Virus record (IMG/VR): IMGVR_UViG_3300044645_002359
Span: 22,355-86,354 of that record
Source of the DNA: a virus
Direction: 5' to 3' (one strand)
DNA: 64,000 nucleotides
Below, piece after piece: positions 36,435 to 45,487 of this stretch. A program made the position numbers and the translations under genes. How positions within the stretch are numbered: the stretch's first letter is position 1; every line of letters starts with the position of its first letter. The notes under the pieces are model-generated. The model ran no database searches. It was not told where the DNA came from and worked only from the letters and a program-made list of their open reading frames with translations.

Positions 36435-36878
36435 ATGAACCAAGAGACCTACTTCCCTTGCTCTCGCCAGATCGAGATCCTCGATCAGCACGAGAACGCC
36501 AACGAGATTCCTCCGTACGTTAATTATCTGGTGCGGTTTGAGAACCCCTACGGTGGAGAAAGTGTCGGAGTGGTAATTGAGCCCAACTCCGAAGGCGTCG
36601 AAGAAGTTTACACTAACCAGAAATTTCCGGTAGCTTCCATGCTTCCTGGCCAATCGGAAAATGACGAGCTTCTGCTCAACCTTTTCCGCACCTGGGTGTT
36701 GACTCCGCCGATGTTTACACAAGTCACTGTTCGTCAACAGACGGACAAGTTCTACACCTTGAGTTTTCACAATCAGCACTGGAATTTCCATGCCCGCTCT
36801 CGGAACCTCTCGTACATCAAAGGGAAGATTCGGAACCTAGCAAAGTCCCGTGATGTGAAGGTCACCTGGGAGGTTTGA
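36435..36878 (+). CDS. hypothetical protein (147 aa)
   Basis: Leaderless ATG. Confidence 0.45.
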   Translation: MNQETYFPCSRQIEILDQHENANEIPPYVNYLVRFENPYGGESVGVVIEPNSEGVEEVYTNQKFPVASMLPGQSENDELLLNLFRTWVLTPPMFTQVTVRQQTDKFYTLSFHNQHWNFHARSRNLSYIKGKIRNLAKSRDVKVTWEV

Positions 36879-37023
36879 CTCCAAGTTTACCTCCCTCCTT
36901 GAGGCCTATGCTGTTTTTGAGACGAGTCAGCGTTAACTAAAGGATAATGCGAGACAGTTAAAAACTTTTTCAGCTAGGTGGTTCAAATCCACTGTCAACA
37001 CTCATCTTGTTCACAAATAAAAC

Positions 37024-37147
37024 CGAAGAGTAGACAAGTGGTTAGGCAGCGGTAATGCAAAAAAGATTATCTAGTTTAGGTGATTCAGCAATACCCTAAT
37101 ACGCTAAAAGGAACCGCCATACGCAAGTTCGAATCTTGCCTCTTCGA
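37024..37147 (+). ncRNA. tRNA-like RNA with an insert of about 50 nt (acceptor CGAAGAG/CTCTTCG; T arm GCAAGttcgaatCTTGC)
   Basis: Perfect 7-bp acceptor and T arm; the middle carries a GGTAATGC…GCAATACC long stem and a GATTCAGCAATACC motif. Confidence 0.4.
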
Positions 37148-37255
37148 TTGTTTTTCTTTGAAAACGTAGATAGTTCAGCAATTCACCCTAACTCAATAAG
37201 GAAAACAACTATCTTGCTGAATCTAGTTTCAACAAACTATTTGCGAAGCAAATAA

Positions 37256-37373
37256 GGGACCGTAGCTCAACTGGTAGAGCGCTAAATAAAAGTTATCTTG
37301 TACAAGATACGTCAGCAATTAAAAAATACCTCGTTTAAAGGAGTGGTTGCAGGTTCGAGTCCTGCCGGTCCCA
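37256..37373 (+). ncRNA. tRNA-like RNA with a 46-nt insert (acceptor GGGACCG/CGGTCCC; D arm GCTCAACTGGTAGAGC; T arm GCAGGttcgagtCCTGC)
   Basis: Textbook tRNA 5' half and T arm; between them is a palindromic hairpin ATCTTgtacAAGAT plus ACGTCAGCAATTA; no well-paired anticodon stem. Confidence 0.45.
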
Positions 37374-37588
37374 TTTACCCCAAGTCTAGCCATGAAAATT
37401 TCACGGTTGTTACCCTGCTGGCCTGCACAGTGCTAACTCTCTCGCCAACGTGGGCAAAATACCAGAGTCTAATCACTGGCGCAAACCCGGAGGAAGTTCA
37501 AGAAAATGCCTTCAAGAAAAGTATGAGCTATCCGGTGGGCTCTCTCAAGTGTAGCCAGCGTTGTTCTCAGTGGTGGCATCACGACTGA
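37298..37588 (+). CDS. doubtful ORF overlapping the tRNA-like gene; possible small lipoprotein if it starts downstream (LLAC lipobox)
   Basis: The track ORF starts inside the tRNA-like element; no in-frame ATG lies after the RNA. Confidence 0.15.
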   Translation: MYKIRQQLKNTSFKGVVAGSSPAGPIYPKSSHENFTVVTLLACTVLTLSPTWAKYQSLITGANPEEVQENAFKKSMSYPVGSLKCSQRCSQWWHHD

Positions 37589-37616
37589 CTTAGCATCAAG
37601 AGTAAAAAAGTTTAAC

Positions 37617-37985
37617 ATGACAAATAGTACAACCCCGTTTCACTTGACCCAAAGTCACCTGAAACTGCTGAGGAGAATGCACGTAGGTTGGAGCGTCTGT
37701 GAGTTTGGTGCTCCCGAGATAGACCCAAAGAGACCATACGGCAACAGTTGGGTGCTTGGCGACATACACGAGATTTTGACAGGGGAAGACATAGACGAAC
37801 TAACTGAATCTCAGAAGGAGGAATACAGGCAGTTACACGAAGAAACTCAAACAGCCCTCCAGATTATCCTTTCCATGGGCAAGTTTGAGGAAGGCTTGTA
37901 CATACGGACTAACCCGTACTCTTCCACCTGGGTACCGTACCCACTCGCGGGCAGAATCGCGGAAAAATCACAAAACGCTACTTAG
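37617..37985 (+). CDS. hypothetical protein (122 aa)
   Basis: ORF. Confidence 0.45.
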   Translation: MTNSTTPFHLTQSHLKLLRRMHVGWSVCEFGAPEIDPKRPYGNSWVLGDIHEILTGEDIDELTESQKEEYRQLHEETQTALQIILSMGKFEEGLYIRTNPYSSTWVPYPLAGRIAEKSQNAT

Positions 37986-38133
37986 TGGGCCAAATCGTAA
38001 GACCTCTTTCAGATTTACACCAGACTCTACCAACGAAGCGGGGACAAGGGCTGCCTTGAACTGCCAGAAACACCGACTTTTTCGGTTTTTGGGGCGAGAA
38101 CCGGGGGTCAACCGGCTGAGACAGTTTCCAAGA

Positions 38134-38200
38134 GGTTCGGTTACCCGAACCGGGTGGTTCGGTTCCCCTCCTTGTTTTTGCAGCGCAAAAACGCTATAGT
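38134..38200 (+). promoter_or_regulatory. hairpin-promoter cassette copy 13
   Basis: GGTTCGGTTACCCGAACCgggtGGTTCGGTTCC; -35 TTGTTT; spacer TTGCAGCGCAAAAA; -10 TATAGT; ATG at 38207. Confidence 0.55.
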
Positions 38201-38206
38201 AAGAGT

Positions 38207-38410
38207 ATGAAAGTTGATCCCTCCACTCAAGTCTCCATCCGCTTTGACCCTGTGTCGGTCGAATGGTTTTTGCAAGAAACCGTGAAGGCAGGTGCCTTCA
38301 GTTTTCAAGCCACTAAGGTATCCCCGAATTTCTCGAGGCTCTCCGAGGCTGAAGCTGCTCTGGCTGCTCTGCTTGAAGTGTACGACGCTGCGATGAAAGC
38401 CTGCGCCTGA
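38207..38410 (+). CDS. hypothetical protein (67 aa)
   Basis: Leaderless ATG. Confidence 0.4.
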   Translation: MKVDPSTQVSIRFDPVSVEWFLQETVKAGAFSFQATKVSPNFSRLSEAEAALAALLEVYDAAMKACA

Positions 38411-38464
38411 GCTCAGTGAGTTCGGTAACCCAACCTTTTATTCTTTCTGAGAAACCGTCCCAGT

Positions 38465-38674
38465 ATGATTATGAAAACTACTAACGCCTCTGAGGAGGCT
38501 CTGCTCCTCGCTGGGTTAATGGCGGATTGCGCCATTCGTCTTGTCGGAGGACAAGACTTAAACGGCACGGTCCCCGCAGCGCACCCGGACGATTTTTCTT
38601 ACTTTGTCAAACACTTGCGTATTTCAGTAGAGCGGTACAACCGACACATCATGTCAATGAACAGCAATGACTAA
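38465..38674 (+). CDS. hypothetical protein (69 aa)
   Basis: ORF. Confidence 0.4.
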   Translation: MIMKTTNASEEALLLAGLMADCAIRLVGGQDLNGTVPAAHPDDFSYFVKHLRISVERYNRHIMSMNSND

Positions 38675-38912
38675 GCTCCTCTCCCTCGCCGCTCAAGCTA
38701 CGCTTGATGCTTTCACCGCCGGATGGCTAGACGAGCCCTTGGATCAGGATCGTTGTCAGTTGGCATCCTCTATTCGCGCCTTAGCAAATCAGCCCCAGGA
38801 AGTTCCTGTTCATATTCAGGGCGAGAGCTATTGGCCGTATGTGAACGGCATTGAGGCCATGCAAGTGTTCCTCGAGCGCATCGCCGACGAACTAGAGGGC
38901 CCCAATGGCTGA
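38667..38912 (+). CDS. hypothetical protein (81 aa)
   Basis: Overlapping ORF. Confidence 0.4.
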   Translation: MTKLLSLAAQATLDAFTAGWLDEPLDQDRCQLASSIRALANQPQEVPVHIQGESYWPYVNGIEAMQVFLERIADELEGPNG

Positions 38913-39156
38913 CTTATCCCCTGCCGCGCAAGCAGTGGTCAACAAAATTGCTGCCAGTGACTGCATTGATCGCGGGGATGTCTACTACCGCCAAGTCGCC
39001 ACCGTCACCATTCGCGCCGTGGCAGATCTGGTAGTTCCCCTTGAGCTAGGCCCCCCAGAGCAAGCGCCGATAGACAGCTTCCAGAGGCAAGACCAGCGCA
39101 GCAAGACCCGCCGCGAACTCCTTGCCCTAGCCACCGAGTTGGAGGGCTCCATTTAA
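38905..39156 (+). CDS. hypothetical protein (83 aa)
   Basis: Overlapping ORF. Confidence 0.4.
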   Translation: MADLSPAAQAVVNKIAASDCIDRGDVYYRQVATVTIRAVADLVVPLELGPPEQAPIDSFQRQDQRSKTRRELLALATELEGSI

Positions 39157-39578
39157 TGTCACCTTGTTCATCCTGCATCCACTATCGAGTGGCCATAGGC
39201 AGTCTTCACCCTATCGAAAGGTGGTGCGCTATTTCGGGAGAATGGTTAAGTGCCAGCGACGTATGGCACAATAATCCTGAGGCACATACCCGAGTTTGGG
39301 GAGTCAAAACAAACGACATCCCCGAGTGTAAGTTTACCATGTCTGCCCGAGAAGTTTGGGAGTTTGACGAATGGCGTGCTTCAAAAATGACTCTATACTA
39401 TCGGGAGAATCGCGGAGGGTACAAAGGCTTCCACAACGATTTGCGTAATAGCCACTGGATAGACGCTCTCAACGAAGAAAAAGAGGTGGAATTAAACAAC
39501 AGTAAGAGGTTCTGGCCCGGTGGTGATCTTCACCACTTTGTACAACGACAACCCCGCGCCATCGCCAACGAGCTATAG
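39156..39578 (+). CDS. hypothetical protein (140 aa)
   Basis: ORF. Confidence 0.45.
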   Translation: MSPCSSCIHYRVAIGSLHPIERWCAISGEWLSASDVWHNNPEAHTRVWGVKTNDIPECKFTMSAREVWEFDEWRASKMTLYYRENRGGYKGFHNDLRNSHWIDALNEEKEVELNNSKRFWPGGDLHHFVQRQPRAIANEL

Positions 39579-39579
39579 G

Positions 39580-39645
39580 GTCGGTAAGCCGCCCGTAAAC
39601 GTTCGGTTCTCCCCCCTTGTTTTCGCACCGCTAAAACGCTAAAAT
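39580..39645 (+). promoter_or_regulatory. hairpin-promoter cassette copy 14 (-10 TAAAAT, leader of about 27 nt)
   Basis: CGGTAAGCCGCCCGTAAACGTTCGGTT; -35 TTGTTT; spacer TCGCACCGCTAAAA. Confidence 0.45.
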
Positions 39646-39676
39646 ACTTACAGTTCAAACAACCCTAACAAACAAA

Positions 39677-40504
39677 ATGCCCGCATTTGCAGTCACAGAC
39701 AACCTCAACTGGGAAGTTGAGCAGCGTCCCGTTTTCTTCCCTGATTCCCAGGGTAATCCCGTCCGCTTCGAGGACCGGGTTGCTATTGTTCGCAGCGACA
39801 ATGAGTTCCCCCTGGGTATCGTGTCCGAGGATTACGAAACGGTCCAGAACAAAGACCTGCTTGGTCTCATCAACCCTATGGTTGAAGAAGGTCTGCTTAC
39901 CATTGAAAACATGGGTTATCTGGCCCACGGCGCCAAAGTGTTCGCCCAGGCTGAGATTAACCAAGAGTTCCGCGTGATCGGCGAAGATTACAAAGCTTTC
40001 ATCACCCTGCTGAACGGTCACGTGGGTAATGCCTCTGTGGCTATCGGTCCGGTGGCCACCCGCGTTATTTGCGGTAACACTTTCTCCATGGCATACTCTA
40101 ACATTGGAGAGAAGTTCCGCCACTCTCTGGGTGTGAATGAGCGCATTCTTGAGAGCACCGCAGTGCTTGACTTTGTGAATAGCGCCATGGAAAAGTATTC
40201 CAAAAACGTTGAAACCATCGCCTCGGCAACTTGCACTTCCGCTCAATTCCGCACCTTCCTGGAAGCAACCTATAAGAAGGAAGCGGATAAGATGCGCAAT
40301 GTGAACGTTCTCAACGATCTGTTCTACAACGGCGCTGGCAACGAAGGTCGTACCTTCTACGACGCCATGAATGCGGTCACGGACTTCAGCTCCAATCGCA
40401 GCCGGAAGACTTCCTCTGGCCGCTTCGGCTACGCCAACTTCGGTCAAGGTGCCTCCATCAACCAACGGGCGATGCGAGTGGCCCTGGAGATGGCGGCGGT
40501 CTGA
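39677..40504 (+). CDS. DUF932-like (phage/plasmid-like protein TIGR03299-like)
   Basis: 275 aa; the RVICGNTFS motif is typical of DUF932 proteins. Confidence 0.45.
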   Translation: MPAFAVTDNLNWEVEQRPVFFPDSQGNPVRFEDRVAIVRSDNEFPLGIVSEDYETVQNKDLLGLINPMVEEGLLTIENMGYLAHGAKVFAQAEINQEFRVIGEDYKAFITLLNGHVGNASVAIGPVATRVICGNTFSMAYSNIGEKFRHSLGVNERILESTAVLDFVNSAMEKYSKNVETIASATCTSAQFRTFLEATYKKEADKMRNVNVLNDLFYNGAGNEGRTFYDAMNAVTDFSSNRSRKTSSGRFGYANFGQGASINQRAMRVALEMAAV

Positions 40505-40571
40505 CCTGAGCTTACAAGGGTCACAGGGTTGTCCCTGTGGCCTTTTCACACTGGTACACACCCTGTAAACT

Positions 40572-41171
40572 ATGAATATCGAAACGCTAGAAAAGTTCTG
40601 TTCGTCTTGGAGAACAAACTTTGAGAAGCCCTTCGTCTACGATAAAAAAACTTATTCTACTGATGGGCACATTCTCCTCCGTATCGACAGGATGCTAGAA
40701 GGTGTTGAAGAGAATCCTGACTTTCCTTATGACAGGATTAAGGAAAACTTCGACGGATCTTTTTTGAACCCTGCTCCCTTGGCCGACTATCGCACTGAGG
40801 AGAAGACAGAGATCTGTCCCGAGTGTAATGGAAAAGGAATTGTGTCGACTTGCCCTGAATGTGCAGGAAGTAGGGAGGTAGAATGGGACTCCGGATGGAA
40901 CTACTACACTGCTGAATGCCAATCTTGTGAAGGTACAGGGACCCTAGCTGACGGAGATTCGGGGGATGAATGCGATAACTGCGATGGAAAGGGAGTAATT
41001 GCGGTGAGAGAGACAGTACAGATTGGAAACTCAACTTTCACTAATCTCCTAATCAACAAACTTCTAAACAATTTGCCCGAAGACCTTGAGATCTTCCCGA
41101 GCACCGAGAAGCGAAAGCCAGCACTCCTGCGTTGGAATGGTGGTGACGGTCTTCTTATGCCCCTCCTCTGA
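40572..41171 (+). CDS. Cys-rich protein with DnaJ-type CxxCxGxG zinc-finger repeats
   Basis: CPECNGKG…CPECAGSR…CQSCEGTG…CDNCDGKG. Confidence 0.5.
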   Translation: MNIETLEKFCSSWRTNFEKPFVYDKKTYSTDGHILLRIDRMLEGVEENPDFPYDRIKENFDGSFLNPAPLADYRTEEKTEICPECNGKGIVSTCPECAGSREVEWDSGWNYYTAECQSCEGTGTLADGDSGDECDNCDGKGVIAVRETVQIGNSTFTNLLINKLLNNLPEDLEIFPSTEKRKPALLRWNGGDGLLMPLL

Positions 41172-41203
41172 TTCACCTCGTAAACAACAAAACTCACAAA
41201 AAA

Positions 41204-41674
41204 ATGACAATCACCAACCTTGCACAATCCGCTCGCCTAAGCATTCAACTGGACACTTCCCCAGGTCTTCCAAAGCTGCCCCACATTCCCCGCAACATCC
41301 TCGCCGACAAACTGACTCCGGAACAGCAGGAGGCAAACCTCCTTCACGTGTCTCTCTGGATCGTTGAGCGCGACCAGGGAAACTTGAAGATGAACTCGTG
41401 GCATGATTCTTGGGCGAACAATTTTGGCTGTGATTTGGATGGCAAGTACTGGAAGTGGTGCGGTGAACCCTCCTATAAGGAAGGTTTCTACAGCTGCGGT
41501 ACCGTTCACTGCATTGCCGGTTTCGCCCAGGCAATGGCCGGAGAGGTGGCGTTTGCTACGTACCCGGCTGCTGCCGGTGAGCACCTGCTCGGAATAGAAG
41601 CTGCCTGCCACTTTAACGACAAAGAACACACAGCACTGCAATACCTGAATAAAGTCATCGCCCGCAACTCCTGA
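41204..41674 (+). CDS. hypothetical protein (156 aa)
   Basis: ORF. Confidence 0.45.
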   Translation: MTITNLAQSARLSIQLDTSPGLPKLPHIPRNILADKLTPEQQEANLLHVSLWIVERDQGNLKMNSWHDSWANNFGCDLDGKYWKWCGEPSYKEGFYSCGTVHCIAGFAQAMAGEVAFATYPAAAGEHLLGIEAACHFNDKEHTALQYLNKVIARNS

Positions 41675-41822
41675 ACTAACCTGAATCGAAAAACGTGAAC
41701 ATCCGCCCCCATGCCTTCCTGCAATCCGTCCGATTTATCGAGAGGGGTGGCACCATCTTAATGCCAAAAGACTTAACCCTGGCAACAAACGCAAACATTC
41801 GTTTCCTACTTAAAGACCAAAA

Positions 41823-42110
41823 ATGCAAATCACATACAAAGCCCCAACTGCCATTGAACGCACAGTCGAACTTGACGAGTCCGAGTTGCCGCCCCTATAT
41901 GCTGCAATCCGAGACTGCTTCCTACAACGTCTCAGAACTTTTGGATTGGCGGACCCTTACTTACCCTTCGAAGAGGCAGCGATTGAAGTCTGCCGTAAAG
42001 TTGGTGTGGACCCGTCTAATCGCTTCGATGTAGTTGCATTCTTTGATGGTTTTCTTATTGGCGGGGAACCTGAAAATTCTAGTGAGGTAGAAAACAATGG
42101 AAATGAATGA
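41823..42110 (+). CDS. hypothetical protein (95 aa)
   Basis: ORF. Confidence 0.4.
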   Translation: MQITYKAPTAIERTVELDESELPPLYAAIRDCFLQRLRTFGLADPYLPFEEAAIEVCRKVGVDPSNRFDVVAFFDGFLIGGEPENSSEVENNGNE

Positions 42111-42414
42111 CTTTTACGATTATATCGTTGAGTATGAGGTTGAAAGTATTGAAGAAGAGTTTTTCCTGAGGTCCATAAAGAACATTTGTGATTCAGTTCC
42201 TGCAGAACATACGCCACTACTGTTATGGAAATGCGTTCTAGATATGTACAGGTTTTCGGTCCAAAGTGGAGACGCAATGTCTGAAGCTAAGAGAGTAATT
42301 GACGGGCAGACTAGGCTTTTAGTGGAGAATGACAATGCAATGACTGAAGCACAAATAGTTTTTGAGAAAATTTCAAAACAGATGAAATCACAAGAAGTCG
42401 GCGATGGAAACTAA
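42097..42414 (+). CDS. hypothetical protein (105 aa)
   Basis: ORF. Confidence 0.4.
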   Translation: MEMNDFYDYIVEYEVESIEEEFFLRSIKNICDSVPAEHTPLLLWKCVLDMYRFSVQSGDAMSEAKRVIDGQTRLLVENDNAMTEAQIVFEKISKQMKSQEVGDGN

Positions 42415-42841
42415 AATAACTAGCTTGAGAGTAACTGAAAGGGTTACAAAATCCAAAGGCAACTACCCCGATATTCCATTCCTAATAGTCGATATAACTT
42501 GGAAAATCTCTGAAGGTGACTTTTATTTTTTCAGGTTTCTAAGGGATTCACACGATGTGATTGAAGGACTGGCAATTGATAACCCTTTATCTTACGGTCT
42601 GTGTGGAGTCCCGACAAAGTTCACGAAGGTTTGGACTCCCCATGACCAAAAGTGGGTGTATCTGGAGAAGTTCCAAACTTTTTGGATGAAAGCATGGGTT
42701 TCTGATTGCCCTGTAGTTAGGATAGTGCTAGATGAACTAAGGCATTTTCATCAAACTGGTGAGTTCTCGTCGGTTTACAGGTTCTACAAAGAATCCACTC
42801 TCTATGCCCATTTGTCTACGTTGGATTCTTTCATGGATTAA
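42404..42841 (+). CDS. hypothetical protein (145 aa)
   Basis: ORF. Confidence 0.4.
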   Translation: METKITSLRVTERVTKSKGNYPDIPFLIVDITWKISEGDFYFFRFLRDSHDVIEGLAIDNPLSYGLCGVPTKFTKVWTPHDQKWVYLEKFQTFWMKAWVSDCPVVRIVLDELRHFHQTGEFSSVYRFYKESTLYAHLSTLDSFMD

Positions 42842-42867
42842 ACAGGGTAAAATTAGCTAGGTCAACT

Positions 42868-43158
42868 ATGGAAAACTTGGAAAAGAACGACGAAAATCCA
42901 GAGTGTTGCCGCCGCAGTTTCGGTGCCTCTCTCAAAGATACCGCCGCTAGATTGCTGGCCGACCCTACAATTGCCCCTCGCCAAGTTGCGAAAGATAGGT
43001 TAGCAATTTGCGAAAGTAATGTTTGCGGAGCGTTTAACGAAAAGAGTTCAACTTGTGAGCAATGTGGATGCTATATGCCATTAAAAACGACGATGGCGAA
43101 CATGAGGTGCCCACGAGATTATTGGACTGAATGGAAGAGAGGGCAAAGTGAAGATTGA
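42868..43158 (+). CDS. Cys-rich putative zinc-binding protein (96 aa)
   Basis: Paired CxxC motifs (CESNVC…CEQCGC). Confidence 0.4.
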   Translation: MENLEKNDENPECCRRSFGASLKDTAARLLADPTIAPRQVAKDRLAICESNVCGAFNEKSSTCEQCGCYMPLKTTMANMRCPRDYWTEWKRGQSED

Positions 43159-43435
43159 TCGCCTAACCTTCAAAGTCTGGCCATCCGAGTTCGTTAAAGA
43201 CTTTTTGCAAGCTGACAACGAAGTGAGACTCCCATGGTTGCAAAGACAGCCCGGTTTCCTGAACAAAACTTCCGAGTTCAAAGCGAATGGTGAAGTTTCT
43301 ATCCTGATTTTCTGGAAAAGTGATTCAGATTGGTCCGAAGCTAAGAAAAAAGTTCTCGAGTTGGAAAACGTAGAGCGTTTACTGAAACAACGCTCTCCGG
43401 GTTCTTTTAGACTCATAAGTTCACTTTCTCTTTGA
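43148..43435 (+). CDS. hypothetical protein (95 aa)
   Basis: ORF. Confidence 0.4.
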   Translation: MKIDRLTFKVWPSEFVKDFLQADNEVRLPWLQRQPGFLNKTSEFKANGEVSILIFWKSDSDWSEAKKKVLELENVERLLKQRSPGSFRLISSLSL

Positions 43436-43480
43436 GAGAGAGTTTACCTCTTCTCAGTCAACGCTAGACTAAATGTGAAT

Positions 43481-43552
43481 GCCCTGGTAGCTCAGTGGAA
43501 GAGCAGCGACCTTCTAAGTCGTCGGTCGGGGGTTCGAATCCCTCTCAGGGTG
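43481..43552 (+). tRNA. tRNA-Arg (anticodon UCU)
   Basis: Cloverleaf: D arm GCTCagtggaaGAGC; anticodon stem GCGAC/GTCGT with loop CTTCTAA; T arm GGGGGttcgaatCCCTC; acceptor has two G-U pairs. Confidence 0.6.
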
Positions 43553-43592
43553 TCGGTTGCTTTCGCAACCCTATCAAACAACAACATATCAA

Positions 43593-43745
43593 ATGGCAAA
43601 TCTTTCTCTAACCGCGAGAGCAGCAAGGATCTCTACCAAGAGCCCTTCTGGAGCTAATCTCTTGCTGAAGCTTGGCGAAGCTAAGACTAAGTCAGAAGTC
43701 CAACTGGCTTTGGAAGAATACGACAGAGCTCTAACTTCGAACTGA
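43593..43745 (+). CDS. hypothetical protein (50 aa)
   Basis: ATG ORF downstream of the tRNA. Confidence 0.25.
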   Translation: MANLSLTARAARISTKSPSGANLLLKLGEAKTKSEVQLALEEYDRALTSN

Positions 43746-43797
43746 TTCACTTGTCAGGGTTGGCCTAAACGTGAACAACCCTGACGTTTCAACTCAT

Positions 43798-43887
43798 GGG
43801 CGTGTGGTGTACGGTAGCACAGGGTCCCTTATGAAGACCACTCCGGCAGATTACCGGCTAGTTAGGGTTCGACTCCCTACGCGCCTA
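43798..43887 (+). tRNA. type-II-like tRNA (long variable arm CCGGcagattaCCGG; anticodon loop CTTATGA, identity ambiguous)
   Basis: Acceptor GGGCGTG/CGCGCCT; T arm TAGGGttcgactCCCTA; weak anticodon stem. Confidence 0.4.
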
Positions 43888-43971
43888 TTTGATTTTGGGT
43901 AATAATGACCATGCTTTGTAACCAAAGCATTAACAACCTGCATTAGCAATCTACGCTAACAACGACAAAAA

Positions 43972-44208
43972 ATGGCAAACACCAATCTAATTAAAAAACT
44001 AACGGAAAAATGGTCTCAGCCTGATAGTATGCCTGGTAAAGGATACGAACTGGTTAAAGCCCTAAAGCAAGATTATTATGTACAGCCCTTATCATTTTGC
44101 AATCTAGAAAATTCATCTTCGAAAGAAGGGTCTGAATGGGCCATCTCAGGTGGGAGAGAAGAGAAGTTCAAGCCAAGATTCAACGCACCCAAAGGTTTCA
44201 ATTCATAA
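43972..44208 (+). CDS. hypothetical protein (78 aa)
   Basis: ORF. Confidence 0.4.
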   Translation: MANTNLIKKLTEKWSQPDSMPGKGYELVKALKQDYYVQPLSFCNLENSSSKEGSEWAISGGREEKFKPRFNAPKGFNS

Positions 44209-44211
44209 GCC

Positions 44212-44517
44212 ATGTCACTAATTTCCAAACAAGATAAAGAACTCGCAATCGAAGCCCTTGATTTTTACGCATCAGAGTTAATCTTAGAAAGGGAATTTCT
44301 CACCTCAGGGGTAGATTCCAAACTTGGATACGTCTCCGCAGGCTATGATTCTGCTCAAAACGATATTATTCTAAATGAGGTTGACTCCTTAGCCAAGGCT
44401 GGCATTCACTGCGAAAGTTCCAATGCTCGTGCAGTTTTGTCTAACAAGATTCGGAGCGTTCAAACCCTTAAAAACTGGATTGCATTGGACCTTGCCAAGT
44501 CTAATTTGAAAGGTTAG
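44212..44517 (+). CDS. hypothetical protein (101 aa)
   Basis: ORF. Confidence 0.4.
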   Translation: MSLISKQDKELAIEALDFYASELILEREFLTSGVDSKLGYVSAGYDSAQNDIILNEVDSLAKAGIHCESSNARAVLSNKIRSVQTLKNWIALDLAKSNLKG

Positions 44518-44566
44518 TGCGCCGGGGGAGGGTAAAATTGAGGGTAGGTCTACCCCCCCTTCAGCC

Positions 44567-45487
44567 GTGAAACTCGAAGCCGTTATTGTTTGCGTCAACT
44601 ACTCTGACTTTTTGGCGCATACCCTACCAAGTACCAGAAATCAATTCGATAAACTTGTAGTTGTTACCGATACTAAGGATAACGATACTAAGAAGCTATG
44701 CGAATACTACAATGTAGAATGTGTTCAAACAGACGTATTCTATGAGGGGGGAGACGCATTTAATAAAGGTAAGGGTATCAATGCCGGTTTAGAGCGATTG
44801 GACCTTGATGGCTGGGTTATTCACTTAGATTCAGACATTTACTTGCCACCTCAAACACGGTCGATTCTAGAGAATTTGCCTCTAGATAATGGGAAAATCT
44901 ACGGGGCTGACCGTCTAATGTGCCCTGGTTACGAAGAGTGGTTGAGATTCTTAGATAAACCCTCCCCTATTCAAGACTCTTGGATTTTCATCCACCCTAC
45001 AAGATTCCCGGTCGGAGTCCGAATCGCAGAGTATAAAACTTGGCACGGTGGCTATGAACCAATTGGCTACTTCCAGCTATGGAATCCAGAAGGGTCAGGT
45101 ATTCACCGTTACCCGAATGAACACGGGTTCGCCGACCGTACAGATGTTCTGCATTGCAAAAAATGGCCTAGAGAAAAAAGAGAATTGCTTCCTGAAATTC
45201 TCGTTATACACCTAGAAAGCGAAGCAGGAATAGGTCTAAATTGGAAAGGCAGAAAGACTCCAATGTTTGGGCCAAAAGCCACCTTGCCAACCCTATCTTG
45301 GCTGGACAAACTATTTTTATTCTTAAATAAATTAAGCAAGTGCGGTTACAAACCTAACCTTAAAGTCTCAAAGGAATCAAAGAAAGAAAAATTAAGTAAG
45401 TTAGAACAAGGTGAGATAAAAGTCATAGGTGCAGGCTCAATTGAAGGTCCATTAGATGACTCATTGGAAGAGTGGCTGAGAGGCTGA
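44567..45487 (+). CDS. putative GT-A-fold glycosyltransferase / nucleotide-sugar transferase (GTG start)
   Basis: N-terminus AVIVCVNYSDFLAHTLPS…KLVVVTDTKDND with the DxD-like HLDSDIY resembles family-2 glycosyltransferases. Confidence 0.35.
   Translation: MKLEAVIVCVNYSDFLAHTLPSTRNQFDKLVVVTDTKDNDTKKLCEYYNVECVQTDVFYEGGDAFNKGKGINAGLERLDLDGWVIHLDSDIYLPPQTRSILENLPLDNGKIYGADRLMCPGYEEWLRFLDKPSPIQDSWIFIHPTRFPVGVRIAEYKTWHGGYEPIGYFQLWNPEGSGIHRYPNEHGFADRTDVLHCKKWPREKRELLPEILVIHLESEAGIGLNWKGRKTPMFGPKATLPTLSWLDKLFLFLNKLSKCGYKPNLKVSKESKKEKLSKLEQGEIKVIGAGSIEGPLDDSLEEWLRG

Noticed and set aside
36975-37000. Isolated T-arm-like GGTGGttcaaatCCACT
   Set aside because: No complementary 5' acceptor strand lies within 200 nt, so it cannot be called a tRNA on its own. 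It is mentioned under the tRNA-like cluster.
37256-37373. Reading the tRNA-like element as an ochre-suppressor tRNA (loop GTTTAAA, anticodon UUA) that would decode the in-frame TAA at 33777
   Set aside because: On checking, the proposed anticodon stem ACCTC/GGAGT has a central C-A mismatch and position 32 would be G, so no canonical anticodon arm exists.
39665-40561. 298-aa − strand ORF opposite the DUF932-like gene
   Set aside because: Antisense shadow. The + strand gene is preceded by a cassette promoter.
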